Shown here: one piece after another, positions 46,754-56,538 of the stretch | Position numbering within the stretch: the stretch's first letter is position 1 | Layout: each line of letters opens with the position of its first letter | Assembly (NCBI GenBank): GCA_032249235.1 | Contig: JAVVGF010000004.1 | Coordinates: 64,001 to 128,000, forward strand | Source of the DNA: Thermoproteota archaeon | GTDB lineage: Archaea; Thermoproteota; Thermoprotei; Gearchaeales; Gearchaeaceae | DNA length: 64,000 nt | Direction of reading: 5' to 3' | Translations under genes and position numbers: made by a program | The notes under the pieces: model-generated | The model's input: the letters and a program-made list of their open reading frames with translations, nothing else | Told to the model about the DNA's origin: nothing | Database searches by the model: none

Positions 46754-47772
46754 AAGCAGCTCTTCTTAAGGCTATAAGGGAAATAAAAATAGAAGAAAAA
46801 GAAATACCTAAGCCAAAAAATGGAGAGGTGCTGATAAGAGTTCTCTATTCTTTAACATGCGGCACAGATTTAAAGGCTTATGAAAGAGGGCATCCTTACA
46901 TTAATTATCCTAGAATTATAGGTCATGAATATGTAGGTGAAATTATCGAAAAGAGTAGCAATGTTAAGAATTTCGAAATAGGAGATATTGTAGCAGGTGC
47001 TAATTCTGCACCTTGTATGCAGTGTTATTATTGCAAAAAAGGTAACTATAATCTTTGTGAAAACTTAAAGGACACGTTAATAGGTTTTACACTTGATGGT
47101 TCTTTTGCAGAATACATGATCATACCTAAACGAATCGTAGAATTAAATCTCTTTAAAATTAAAGAAAAGAACTATAAAAAGTATGCAGCTTTAGAACCTT
47201 TGGCTTGCGTCGTGCATGCATGGAATCTATTGAATGCTAAAGAAGATGATGAAATATTGATAATAGGAAGCGGTCCAATAGCTCTTTTGCATGCTCAATT
47301 AGCTCTTAATTTCACAAAAAAGGTTAATTTGTTAGGAAAACATGCATCGAGATTAAAGATAGCCAAAATGCTAGGCATAAAAGTTTATGATTATGAAGAA
47401 TATAAACATGAGATAATCAAGTTGAAAGAAGGGGAAGGATATGATATTGTGATAGAAGCAGTTGGTACGATTGAAGCATGGAATATTGCTTTTGAACTTG
47501 TGAGAAAAGGTGGCACTTTGATTTATTTCGGAGGCTTAAAAGCTGGTACCCAAATCAATCTCGATGCATATAAAATACATTATGGTGAACTGAAAATTTT
47601 TGGTTCTTTTCATCATGATCCTAGCTCAGTTAAAAAAGCCTTTGAATTGATTGAGAAGAATAAAGTCAATACTGAGATGTTGATTACGAGCGAAAGAAAA
47701 ATTGATGAAATAGAAAAAGCCTTGTTAAGCATGGCTAAAGGTGAAGATATGAAAGTAGGTATTATATTTTAA
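46750..47772 (+). CDS. Zn-dependent MDR alcohol/polyol dehydrogenase
   Basis: CGTD, GHE, structural Zn CMQCYYC...C, EPLAC, GSGPI. Confidence 0.93.
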   Translation: MKAALLKAIREIKIEEKEIPKPKNGEVLIRVLYSLTCGTDLKAYERGHPYINYPRIIGHEYVGEIIEKSSNVKNFEIGDIVAGANSAPCMQCYYCKKGNYNLCENLKDTLIGFTLDGSFAEYMIIPKRIVELNLFKIKEKNYKKYAALEPLACVVHAWNLLNAKEDDEILIIGSGPIALLHAQLALNFTKKVNLLGKHASRLKIAKMLGIKVYDYEEYKHEIIKLKEGEGYDIVIEAVGTIEAWNIAFELVRKGGTLIYFGGLKAGTQINLDAYKIHYGELKIFGSFHHDPSSVKKAFELIEKNKVNTEMLITSERKIDEIEKALLSMAKGEDMKVGIIF

Positions 47773-48751
47773 AACCAAAATTCTGTTCAACAGCCTTTAT
47801 TATTTTATCTTTGCTTACCATGTATTGTTTCTCCAAGATAGGACTGAATGGAACTGGCAAATCAGGGGAAGTAACTCTAACGATTGGCCCATCTAAATAA
47901 TCAAAGGCATTCTCCATTATTTGCATTGCTATTTCATTTGTAATACTACCGCTTCTCACGTCATCCGCTACTATTATAACCCTTCCAGTTTTTTTAACGG
48001 AGCTTACTATAGTTTCAATATCTAAAGGTATAAGCGTTCTAGGATCAATTACTTCTGCGCTTATTCCTCTCTCTTCAAGTTCCTTTGCAGCGTTTAAAGC
48101 TTCCAAGACACATCTTGAAAAAGCAATGATCGTTAAATCTTCTCCTTTCTTTTTAATATCTGCCTTCCCTAAAGGAATTGTATATTCGTTTTCAGGCACT
48201 TCTCCCTTTGTCTTGTATAGAACACCACTTTCTACGAAGAGTACAGGATTTTCATCCCTAATTGAACTTTTCAACAGACCTTTTGCATCATAAGGATTTG
48301 AAGGTAATACTATTTTTATTCCTGGAGATTGTAAAAACCATGAAGGATAAAACTGTGAATGTTGAGATCCATGAACCCTTCCTAAGCTATATTGTGTTCT
48401 AATAACTAAAGGAACTTTCAATTGCCCACCGCTCATAAATCTCATTTTAGCTATATGCGTAACAATTTGGTCAGCAGCAATAGCGAGGAAATCCATATAC
48501 ATTATTTCAGCTACAGGTTTAAGGCCAGCTAACGCTGCACCTGCAGCAACACCTATTATTGCAATTTCTGAAATAGGTGTATCTATTACGCGCTTTGGTC
48601 CAAATTCTTTAAGTAGTCCCTGAGTTACTTTATAAACTCCTTCAAAAAGACCAACTTCTTCACCTAGTATTATTACTCTTTCATCTCTACGCATCTCTTC
48701 TCTCAAGGCTTCTCTCAAAGCTTCAGCGTAAGTTATTTCTCTCATACCCAA
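47762..48751 (-). CDS. 2-oxoacid/acetoin dehydrogenase E1 beta
   Basis: DTPISE, PVAEIMYMDF, GSQHSQ, YDAKGLL, FDYLDGP. Confidence 0.95.
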   Translation of the reverse strand: MGMREITYAEALREALREEMRRDERVIILGEEVGLFEGVYKVTQGLLKEFGPKRVIDTPISEIAIIGVAAGAALAGLKPVAEIMYMDFLAIAADQIVTHIAKMRFMSGGQLKVPLVIRTQYSLGRVHGSQHSQFYPSWFLQSPGIKIVLPSNPYDAKGLLKSSIRDENPVLFVESGVLYKTKGEVPENEYTIPLGKADIKKKGEDLTIIAFSRCVLEALNAAKELEERGISAEVIDPRTLIPLDIETIVSSVKKTGRVIIVADDVRSGSITNEIAMQIMENAFDYLDGPIVRVTSPDLPVPFSPILEKQYMVSKDKIIKAVEQNFGFKI

Positions 48752-49734
48752 AGTAGCTTATACAATTCTTCGAAATCTAATACTTCATCTTTCATAGCTT
48801 GCTGTACTGCATCCTCGATTTCATTTTCTATTTCTTTTTCTATCTTCTTGATTTCTTCCTCATCTATGATTCCAGCTTGAATTAAGCGGTTTTTATAGAG
48901 TTTAATTGGATCTCTTTCAAGCCATTTAGCTACTTCATTCGGATCTCTATACTTACCTTCATCATAAACTCCATGTCCTTTCATTTTATAAGTCCTCGCT
49001 TCTATGAATACTGGGCTAATTCCTTTTTTAACCATTTCTATTGCCTCCCTTGCTGCCTTATATGTGCAAGTAACATCATTTCCATCTGTTACTATTACTT
49101 CCATATTATATGAGGCAGCTCTATCAGCGATGCTTTTCGAAGATAAACTTCTCGTTATGTGAGTTGACATTGCATAGAAATTGTTCTCACAAACAAATAT
49201 TATAGGCAACTTCCATAATGCAGCAATGTTCATGCCTTCATGGAAAGCACCAGTATTAACTGCTCCATCTCCAAAGAAACAAACAGTTATTATGTCTTTG
49301 TTTTGATATTTATTAGCTAACGCTATTCCAGCTGCAATAGGTATTCCACTACCTACTATTGCTGTAGCTAAAATTATTCCATTTTCTAAGCTTATCGCTG
49401 CATGCATTGATCCTCCTAATCCTTTGCACGTACCTGTTTTCTTACCGAACATCTCAGCCATTAGTTTCCTTATCGAAACACCCTTTGCTATAGCATGACC
49501 ATGGCAACGATAAGTCGTAACGACTAGATCCTCATTTCTTAAATTTGAACAAATACCTGTAGCAACAGCTTCTTGTCCTAGATACAAATGTGCTGGGCCA
49601 ATTAATATTCCTTTAATTAAAAATAATTCTTCGATTTTTTCCTCAAATTTCCTTATTTCTAACATTTTTCTTAAGAGCATTTTCGGTTCCTTTATAAGTT
49701 CGAATTCAGCACTTTGAATTTCATGAATAGCCAT
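48742..49734 (-). CDS. 2-oxoacid/acetoin dehydrogenase E1 alpha (TPP)
   Basis: HLYLGQEA, YRCHGH, GGSMH, GDGAVN...ENN TPP motif. Confidence 0.95.
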   Translation of the reverse strand: MAIHEIQSAEFELIKEPKMLLRKMLEIRKFEEKIEELFLIKGILIGPAHLYLGQEAVATGICSNLRNEDLVVTTYRCHGHAIAKGVSIRKLMAEMFGKKTGTCKGLGGSMHAAISLENGIILATAIVGSGIPIAAGIALANKYQNKDIITVCFFGDGAVNTGAFHEGMNIAALWKLPIIFVCENNFYAMSTHITRSLSSKSIADRAASYNMEVIVTDGNDVTCTYKAAREAIEMVKKGISPVFIEARTYKMKGHGVYDEGKYRDPNEVAKWLERDPIKLYKNRLIQAGIIDEEEIKKIEKEIENEIEDAVQQAMKDEVLDFEELYKLLWV

Positions 49735-49808
49735 AAAATAATAGAATCAAGCAAGGATATATCATTTTGAAAAAAATAAAAGAATCACGTCTAAATATAA
49801 TGAATGAG

Positions 49809-49910
49809 GCGGGGGTTCCCGAGCCAGGACAAAGGGGCAGGACCTAAAATAGGTGCCAGACTTAAGATCCTGTGCGAAGAGCTTCGTGGGTTCAAATCCC
49901 ACCCCCCGCA
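49809..49910 (+). tRNA. tRNA-Leu(UAA) with 18-nt intron at non-canonical position 30/31 (49842-49859)
   Basis: GCGGGGG/CCCCCGC-A acceptor. BHB: GGCA/UGCC helix, bulges GGA and AGA, inner CCUA/UAGG. Spliced arm CAGGA-CUUAAGA-UCCUG. Confidence 0.93.
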
Positions 49911-50029
49911 TTGGTTTCTGAATGTTTGAAACAGTTTTATTACAAACTCTACAATCTCAACACTTCTTTACAAAAATGAAAACCTAGCCTTTTGGACGAT
50001 GAGGAAGTTAGAAAAATGAAGATCTACTG

Positions 50030-51958
50030 TCACTCTGGAATAAGTTTGTCTTCTTTTGAATATTTGAAATATATACAACCTAGAGGAGGTAATGAAATTT
50101 CAATAGAATAAGGTCTATTATGAATAGGTTCTTCTTTAGCTTTCACTCCTCCAAAATTTCCCCATCCACTACCGCCATATACTTCTGCATCAGTATTTAG
50201 TATTTCTTTCCAAAATCCTAGTCTCGGTACTCCTATCTTATAGTTTTCTCTAGGAACAGGTGTGAAATTACAAACAACTAAAATGATTTCTTCGCCATCT
50301 AAGCTTTTCCTTACAAAGCTTATTATACTTTTTTCCCAATCGTTGAAGTCTATCCATTCAAATCCTTCTCTTTTAAAATCAGTTTCATGTAAAGCTCTTT
50401 CCCTTTTGTATTTTTCATTCAAATCTTTAACTAATCTTTGTATACCTGCATGAAACTTATCTTTAAGTAAATGCCATTCCAATTCTGCATCATGATTCCA
50501 CTCGCTTCTTTGTCCAAATTCGTTTCCCATGAAAAGCAATTTCTTTCCAGGATGAGCATACATATAAGCATAAAGTAATCTGAGATTTGCAAATTTTTGC
50601 CATTCATCACCAGGCATTTTGTATAACAACGAATGCTTGCCATGAACTACTTCATCATGAGATAAAGGAAGCACGAAATTCTCTGAAAATGCATACCAAA
50701 TGCTAAAAGTAAGCATGTTATGATGATATTTTCTATAAATTGGGTCTTTGGACATATATTCAAGTATATCATGCATCCAACCCATATTCCATTTCATGCC
50801 GAATCCCAATCCACCAGCATATACAGGCCAAGAAACCATCGGCCATGCAGTTGATTCTTCTGCTATTGTTTGAACATCAGGATAATATTTGTATACAGCT
50901 TCATTCAGTTCCCTTATGAATGATATTGCTTCAAGGTTTTCTTTTCCTCCATATATATTTGGAACCCATTCACCGGGTTTTCTTGAATAGTCTAGATATA
51001 GCATTGAAGCAACAGCATCTATTCTTAGTCCATCAACATGATATTTATCAAGCCAAAACAAAGCCGAGCTAATTAAAAATGCTCTCACTTCATTTTTTCC
51101 ATAATCGAATATATAGCTATTCCAATCAGGATGGTATCTTTTCCTCCAATCTTCATATTCATAAAGATAAGTCCCATCAAAGTATGCTAAACCATGTCCA
51201 TCAGTTGCGAAATGTGAAGGAACCCAATCAAGTATTACCCCAATATCGTTTTTATGCAATTCTTCGATTAGATGCATGAAATCCTGTGGTTTACCATATC
51301 TTGAAGTAGGAGAAAAATATCCAGTTATTTGATAACCCCAGCTACCATAAAATGGATGCTCCATTACAGGTAAAAATTCTACATGCGTAAATCCCAGTTC
51401 TTTTACATATTTAGGAAGTTCTTCAGACAACTCTAGATAGCTTAACCATCTATTACTTTCTTCTTTTCTCCTTTTCCAAGATCCTAAATGAACTTCATAT
51501 ATCGCAATAGGTGCTTTTAAAGAATTCTTTTGAAATCTATTTTTCATCCAATCATCATCCTTCCACTCATAGCTTAGATCCCAAACTATCGATGCAGTCT
51601 TTGGAGGTTCTTCGCTAAAGAATGCGAAAGGGTCTGCCTTATCGATTTCGTAATTTCCAGCTTCTATTTTGTATTTATAACGATCTCCCATTTTTACACC
51701 TGGAATGAATCCTTCCCATATTCCTGCATCTTCTCGCTTAAAAAGTAAATGCTTTTCTGAATTCCATTCATTAAAATCTCCTATTACTGAAACGCTTTTA
51801 GCATTTGGAGCCCATACAGCAAAATAAACTCCTTTTTCACCATCAAGCTCTAGCACATGTGAACCTAGCTTTTCATAAAGCCTATAATGCTTACCAGATT
51901 TGAATAAATAAACATCATAATCTGTTATCAATGAATATTTGATGACTTCTCTAACCAT
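50030..51958 (-). CDS. glgB: 1,4-alpha-glucan branching enzyme (GH13, bacterial type)
   Basis: [47 protein letters not shown]. Confidence 0.97.
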   Translation of the reverse strand: MVREVIKYSLITDYDVYLFKSGKHYRLYEKLGSHVLELDGEKGVYFAVWAPNAKSVSVIGDFNEWNSEKHLLFKREDAGIWEGFIPGVKMGDRYKYKIEAGNYEIDKADPFAFFSEEPPKTASIVWDLSYEWKDDDWMKNRFQKNSLKAPIAIYEVHLGSWKRRKEESNRWLSYLELSEELPKYVKELGFTHVEFLPVMEHPFYGSWGYQITGYFSPTSRYGKPQDFMHLIEELHKNDIGVILDWVPSHFATDGHGLAYFDGTYLYEYEDWRKRYHPDWNSYIFDYGKNEVRAFLISSALFWLDKYHVDGLRIDAVASMLYLDYSRKPGEWVPNIYGGKENLEAISFIRELNEAVYKYYPDVQTIAEESTAWPMVSWPVYAGGLGFGMKWNMGWMHDILEYMSKDPIYRKYHHNMLTFSIWYAFSENFVLPLSHDEVVHGKHSLLYKMPGDEWQKFANLRLLYAYMYAHPGKKLLFMGNEFGQRSEWNHDAELEWHLLKDKFHAGIQRLVKDLNEKYKRERALHETDFKREGFEWIDFNDWEKSIISFVRKSLDGEEIILVVCNFTPVPRENYKIGVPRLGFWKEILNTDAEVYGGSGWGNFGGVKAKEEPIHNRPYSIEISLPPLGCIYFKYSKEDKLIPE

Positions 51959-51991
51959 TTAATCTATTAATGTATTAGCCCATTATTTAGT

Positions 51992-53224
51992 ATGGTAGAA
52001 TTATTTCTTTCATTATTAGGCTTAATAAAAAAACATAACGAATGGAGATTGAAAAATTCAATAAATTTGATAAGTTCAGAAAATATACTAAGCCCTGAAG
52101 CGCGAGCACTTTTGGCTATTGATTTTGCAGGTAGATATACTTCAAGGGAATCGTTTTATAGGGGAACTAGGTATATGGATGAAATTGAAAACATAGGTAT
52201 AAAAGTAGCCAAAGATTTATTCAAGGCTGAATATGCAGATTTAAGAGCACTATCTGGTCATATCGCAACACTTGCTTTTCTAGCTTCAAACGTAAAAGAA
52301 AATGAAACCATTCTTTGCGTTTCACCTGAAGATGGAGGTTATCCTGGCATGGCAAAAAATGCTTTACCTAAGTTTTTAAGAATAAACGTTGAATATCTAC
52401 CTTTTAACAAAGAAGAATACATCATAGACGTTGATGCTACTTTAAATTTAATAGAAAAAGTTAAACCTAGTTTTATTATTTTCGATTTTAGCTTAGTACT
52501 TAGAAAGCAACCTGTTCAAGAAATTTATTCTAAAAGTAAAGACAAAGAAATAAAAATAGCTTATGATGGTTCGCACGTTTTAGGTTTAATTGCAGGCGGT
52601 GAATTTCAAGATCCTTTGAGAGAAGGAGCAGTAGCATTATATGGTTCAACACATAAATCTTTTTTCGGTCCTCAAGGAGGTATAATTTTATCGAATAAAG
52701 AAATAGGAGATAAAATCGATGAAACCATTTTTCCTTCCATTGTAGATAATGCGCATTGGAACAGGATTGCTTCGCTAACTTTAGCTTTAATTGAAATGAA
52801 AGAATTTGGTAAGGAATATGCAAAACAAGTTATAAACAATTCTAAAAGATTGGCAAAGTCTTTGCTCGAATTCGGATTGCCTATTAAAGGACCAAGAGGT
52901 ATTTTAACAGAAAGTCATCAAATCTATTTAAATTTCGCAAGCAAAGAAGAGAATCAAAGATTTGCAATTGAGCTTGAAAAAGTTAACATAATAACAGATA
53001 GTGCTATAAGATTAGGGACCAATGAGGTCACCAGATTAGGCATGAAGGAAAAGGATATGGATATAATAGCAGAATTAATTTATAGAACTTATAAAAAAGA
53101 AGATTCAGAAAAGATAAGAAGCGAAGTGATCAAGCTAAAGAGTGAATTTAATGAAATTCATTTCAGATTTAATTATTCAAATCTTGAAGAAATTTTTGAA
53201 ATTATATTAAATTATGGATATTAA
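51992..53224 (+). CDS. glyA: Serine hydroxymethyltransferase (archaeal type)
   Basis: INLISSEN, YDGSHVLGLIAG, STHKSFFGPQGG, RLGTNEVTRLGM. Confidence 0.94.
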   Translation: MVELFLSLLGLIKKHNEWRLKNSINLISSENILSPEARALLAIDFAGRYTSRESFYRGTRYMDEIENIGIKVAKDLFKAEYADLRALSGHIATLAFLASNVKENETILCVSPEDGGYPGMAKNALPKFLRINVEYLPFNKEEYIIDVDATLNLIEKVKPSFIIFDFSLVLRKQPVQEIYSKSKDKEIKIAYDGSHVLGLIAGGEFQDPLREGAVALYGSTHKSFFGPQGGIILSNKEIGDKIDETIFPSIVDNAHWNRIASLTLALIEMKEFGKEYAKQVINNSKRLAKSLLEFGLPIKGPRGILTESHQIYLNFASKEENQRFAIELEKVNIITDSAIRLGTNEVTRLGMKEKDMDIIAELIYRTYKKEDSEKIRSEVIKLKSEFNEIHFRFNYSNLEEIFEIILNYGY

Positions 53225-53663
53225 ATATATTTTAATGATAACCTTAATTGTTCTTTTTATTCTTTTAGTTTTTGGAACATTAATTATTCTTCCTATGTGG
53301 CAAATGCACATGATGATGATGGGAGGTTATTCTTTTCCTATGTTTTGGTTTTTAATTATTATCCTAATTCCATTTGTTATAGTATTAATTATATATCTTT
53401 TATTACCTTCGCAGAAAATTGAAAAAAATTATCAGGAAGTAAAACAATACGTCTATCCTTTAACAAATGAAGAGAAAAACATAGTTGAATTTTTGAAACA
53501 AAACAATTATAGATCTACACAAAAAGAAATTCAACAACATTTTAAACTCTCAAAAACTAAAGCGCATAGAATTTTGGCTAGATTAGAATCTAGAGGTATA
53601 ATAATAAGGACTAAAAGAGGTAGAGAAATGCTTGTCGTTTTAAAAAAAGAAGAAGTTTCATGA
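53214..53663 (+). CDS. Membrane-anchored winged-HTH regulator with Met-rich loop
   Basis: Two TM helices flank MWQMHMMMMGG; C-terminal LTNEEKNIV...TQKEI...LSKTKAHRILARLESRGII wHTH. Confidence 0.85.
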   Translation: MDIKYILMITLIVLFILLVFGTLIILPMWQMHMMMMGGYSFPMFWFLIIILIPFVIVLIIYLLLPSQKIEKNYQEVKQYVYPLTNEEKNIVEFLKQNNYRSTQKEIQQHFKLSKTKAHRILARLESRGIIIRTKRGREMLVVLKKEEVS

Positions 53664-53696
53664 AACTTTTTGAAACTGTTTTTCCAGAAAGTTTCA
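53653..53696. promoter_or_regulatory. Putative operator: four TGAAACT half-sites
   Basis: Perfect palindrome AAGTTTCATGAAACTT (53653-68), direct copy at 53671, inverted copy at 53690-96. Confidence 0.55.
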
Positions 53697-53736
53697 CTAA
53701 AGAAATAAAATTAAAGTAAAGCATTGAAAGCTTGAA

Positions 53737-53964
53737 ATGGACAAAAATCTATTGGTTGGTGTGCTTATAGGCATACTAGTAACGCTAGTATTCACAGCCT
53801 TTTTAGGCGTAGCAACATATGCCAATATGATGGGATGGAATAACGGAAAAGCAATGCATAATGGTGGTCATATGCATGACATGAATGACCATATGCAACA
53901 AATGCATGATGAATGTGAAGAAATGATGCATGAACATGGAAATTATACTGAACATATGAGTTAA
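53737..53964 (+). CDS. Small Met/His-rich membrane-anchored or exported protein (putative metal binding)
   Basis: N-terminal hydrophobic helix followed by MHNGGHMHDMNDHMQQMHDECEEMMHEH. Confidence 0.8.
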   Translation: MDKNLLVGVLIGILVTLVFTAFLGVATYANMMGWNNGKAMHNGGHMHDMNDHMQQMHDECEEMMHEHGNYTEHMS

Positions 53965-53994
53965 ACGATTCATATTTTTTCTTTATTGTTTTTT

Positions 53995-54879
53995 ATGAGT
54001 AAAAAATTATTCTTTGCCGTTCAACTTTGGGGCTATGATATAAAGATTTTGGATTTATTTGAAGAACTAGAAGAATTAGGATATAACGCAGCATATTATG
54101 GCGATGGTCCTTTTTCTTGGCTTTTAGATTGCTTTTCAGTATTATCTTATGTAGCTTCTAAGACTAAGAAAATCAGAATTGGTCCTGCTGTCACATATCT
54201 TGAAGGAAGTTATAGGCATCCTATTGCAATAGCTAAGGCTTTATTCACAATTGCAAGGTTAAGTAACAATAGAGTTGATGCAAGATTTGGTTTCATAAAA
54301 GAAGAAGCTAGAAAATATTGGTCTACGTTTGGAATTAACATTCCAAGAGTAAAAGAAAGGATAGATAGGCTTGAAGAAGGATTGATTATAATGAAAGAAT
54401 TAATGAATAAGGGGTTCTCTAATTTCAAAGGAAGATACTACAAAGTAGATATAAGCGATTTTAAACCTGCAGCAAAAATGCCAATTTGTATTTCAGCAAT
54501 GGGCAAGAGAACAATAGAAATAGCATTGAAGCATGCTAATATATGGGAATTATCTTACTTGCCTCCTGAAATGTTAAATGTTATCATAGAAAAGTATAGC
54601 GAAAAAATAAAAAACATAGAAATTTCTCTTGAATTAGATGTCGTTATTGGAAAGAATGAAGAAGATTTTAAAAGGAAATTTAATGAATACTTAAAAATTA
54701 GAAAAACAAAAGAAGAACCCTTCATTAAATCTGCAATAAAGGGAAAACCTGAAGAATGTATTAAAAAGATTGAAGAATACCTTAATTTAGGTATTAAAAG
54801 ATTTACTTTAGCTTTCAACGAACTTCCTAATTTGGAAGGAATTAAGATTTTTGCTGAAGAAGTAATGAGTTCGTTTTAA
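53995..54879 (+). CDS. Luciferase-like (LLM) flavin/F420-dependent oxidoreductase
   Basis: EELGY...GD, TKKIRIGPAV, RHP, RLEEGL, FKGRYY, GKPEEC. Confidence 0.88.
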   Translation: MSKKLFFAVQLWGYDIKILDLFEELEELGYNAAYYGDGPFSWLLDCFSVLSYVASKTKKIRIGPAVTYLEGSYRHPIAIAKALFTIARLSNNRVDARFGFIKEEARKYWSTFGINIPRVKERIDRLEEGLIIMKELMNKGFSNFKGRYYKVDISDFKPAAKMPICISAMGKRTIEIALKHANIWELSYLPPEMLNVIIEKYSEKIKNIEISLELDVVIGKNEEDFKRKFNEYLKIRKTKEEPFIKSAIKGKPEECIKKIEEYLNLGIKRFTLAFNELPNLEGIKIFAEEVMSSF

Positions 54880-55002
54880 TAGTCTTTAATTCAAGCATTA
54901 TTAAAAGATCAATCTCGTATTGAAATAACTTCTCAATGCCTAAATCTTAAAAAGAATAAGATTTCAACAAAGAATAAATAAAGGTCTTTCCTTTTCACTT
55001 CC

Positions 55003-56043
55003 ATGGAGTATATTCGTTTAGGCTGGTCGGGCCTTAAGGTTTCTAGGATTGCACTTGGAACGATGTCTTTCGGCGATCCAAATTTGCAATTATATGGACG
55101 CGGAGGATGGGTAGTAGGTAAAGAAGAAGCATTCAAGGTATTGAAAAGAGCATGGGATCTAGGTATTAATTTCTTCGATACTGCCAATTATTACTCACTT
55201 GGAAAGTCTGAAGAAATATTGGGTGAATTTTTGCAAGGGATAAGAGAAGATGCTGTAATAGCTACTAAAGTATTCTTTCCAATGAGTGAGAAACCAAACG
55301 ATAGAGGATTATCAAGGAAACATATAATGAAGCAAATAAACGATTCACTAAGAAGGCTTAAGACTGATTATGTAGATTTATACCAAATTCATCGTTGGGA
55401 TTACGAAACTCCTATTGAGGAAACCTTATCAACGCTCACGGATCTAGTTAGACAAGGTAAAGTAAGATATATCGGCGCCTCAAGCATGTGGACATGGCAA
55501 TTTGCAAAGGCTTTCTTCATTGCTGAATTTAAAGGCTATGAAAAGTTTGTAAGTATACAAACACTCTACAATTTGCTATACAGAGAAGAAGAAAGAGAAA
55601 TGATACCTTTCTGTAAAGCTCATAATATTGGATACATGGCTTATAGCCCTAATGCTGCAGGAGTCCTTTCAGGAAAATATTATAAAGATGGCAAGCTTGT
55701 CGTCGAGCCTGATGCACCTGAAAGATTAAGACCTGAAACAGGATTTTATCCTTACAAAATTTATGTAGAACCTCCTGAAAATGCTGAGATTGTGAGAAGA
55801 GTTATAGAAGTTGCTAGGAATAAAGAAGTAACGCCAACTCAAGTAGCAATATCATGGATACTTCACAAAGGTGTTATACCGATAATAGGAACTAGCAAAG
55901 TTGAACATCTTGAAGAATATGTTAAGGCACTAGAGATAAAGCTTAAAGAAGATGAGATTAAATATCTAGAGGAACCATATAAGCCAAAGCCAGTGCTACA
56001 TATAACTCCTGCTCCTGCAATATCTCATCTTTTTAAAATCTAA
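55003..56043 (+). CDS. Aldo/keto reductase
   Basis: GLKVSRIALGTM, FFDTANYY, IATKV, DLYQIHRWD, GKVRYIG. Confidence 0.96.
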   Translation: MEYIRLGWSGLKVSRIALGTMSFGDPNLQLYGRGGWVVGKEEAFKVLKRAWDLGINFFDTANYYSLGKSEEILGEFLQGIREDAVIATKVFFPMSEKPNDRGLSRKHIMKQINDSLRRLKTDYVDLYQIHRWDYETPIEETLSTLTDLVRQGKVRYIGASSMWTWQFAKAFFIAEFKGYEKFVSIQTLYNLLYREEEREMIPFCKAHNIGYMAYSPNAAGVLSGKYYKDGKLVVEPDAPERLRPETGFYPYKIYVEPPENAEIVRRVIEVARNKEVTPTQVAISWILHKGVIPIIGTSKVEHLEEYVKALEIKLKEDEIKYLEEPYKPKPVLHITPAPAISHLFKI

Positions 56044-56426
56044 CTTTCTTCTTTCTTTTTTGGAATGAATTTCAAGGATACTGAATTTACGCAATATCTT
56101 GTATTTTTAGGCGTGAAGCCTTCCCCATAAAAAATATGTCCAAGATGTGCTCCACAATTTGCACATTGTATCTCTATTCTTATTCCATCAGGATCAGGTA
56201 GCTTTTTTACTGCTCCAGGTATTTCATCATCAAAGCTTGGCCATCCGCATTCAGATTCAAATTTGTCTTCGGATCTAAATAGTGGAGCTTCGCATCTTTT
56301 GCAAACATAAATTCCAGGTTCGAAGTGATAAACATATTCTCCAGTGAAAGGTGGTTCTGTTCCTTTATGAACTATAACCCATTCTTCAAAAGGATTCAAC
56401 TTATTCCACTTCTTATTCTTTTCCAT
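56040..56426 (-). CDS. msrB: Peptide methionine-R-sulfoxide reductase
   Basis: GTEPPFTG, CGWPSF, HLGHIF, RYCVNS. Confidence 0.97.
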   Translation of the reverse strand: MEKNKKWNKLNPFEEWVIVHKGTEPPFTGEYVYHFEPGIYVCKRCEAPLFRSEDKFESECGWPSFDDEIPGAVKKLPDPDGIRIEIQCANCGAHLGHIFYGEGFTPKNTRYCVNSVSLKFIPKKKEES

Positions 56427-56538
56427 CTTATATTGTGTAATTTATAAGTGATTTAAATATTAAATAAAAAGAAATTGAAACAAAGTTTGTATTGCTTCTA
56501 AGAAGTACTTAAAATAAAAAATTTAAAATATCTTAGTA

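Noticed and set aside
49975-50040. Possible C/D box sRNA (ATGAGGA...ATGAAGA)
   Set aside because: No CTGA box D at proper spacing; support too weak.
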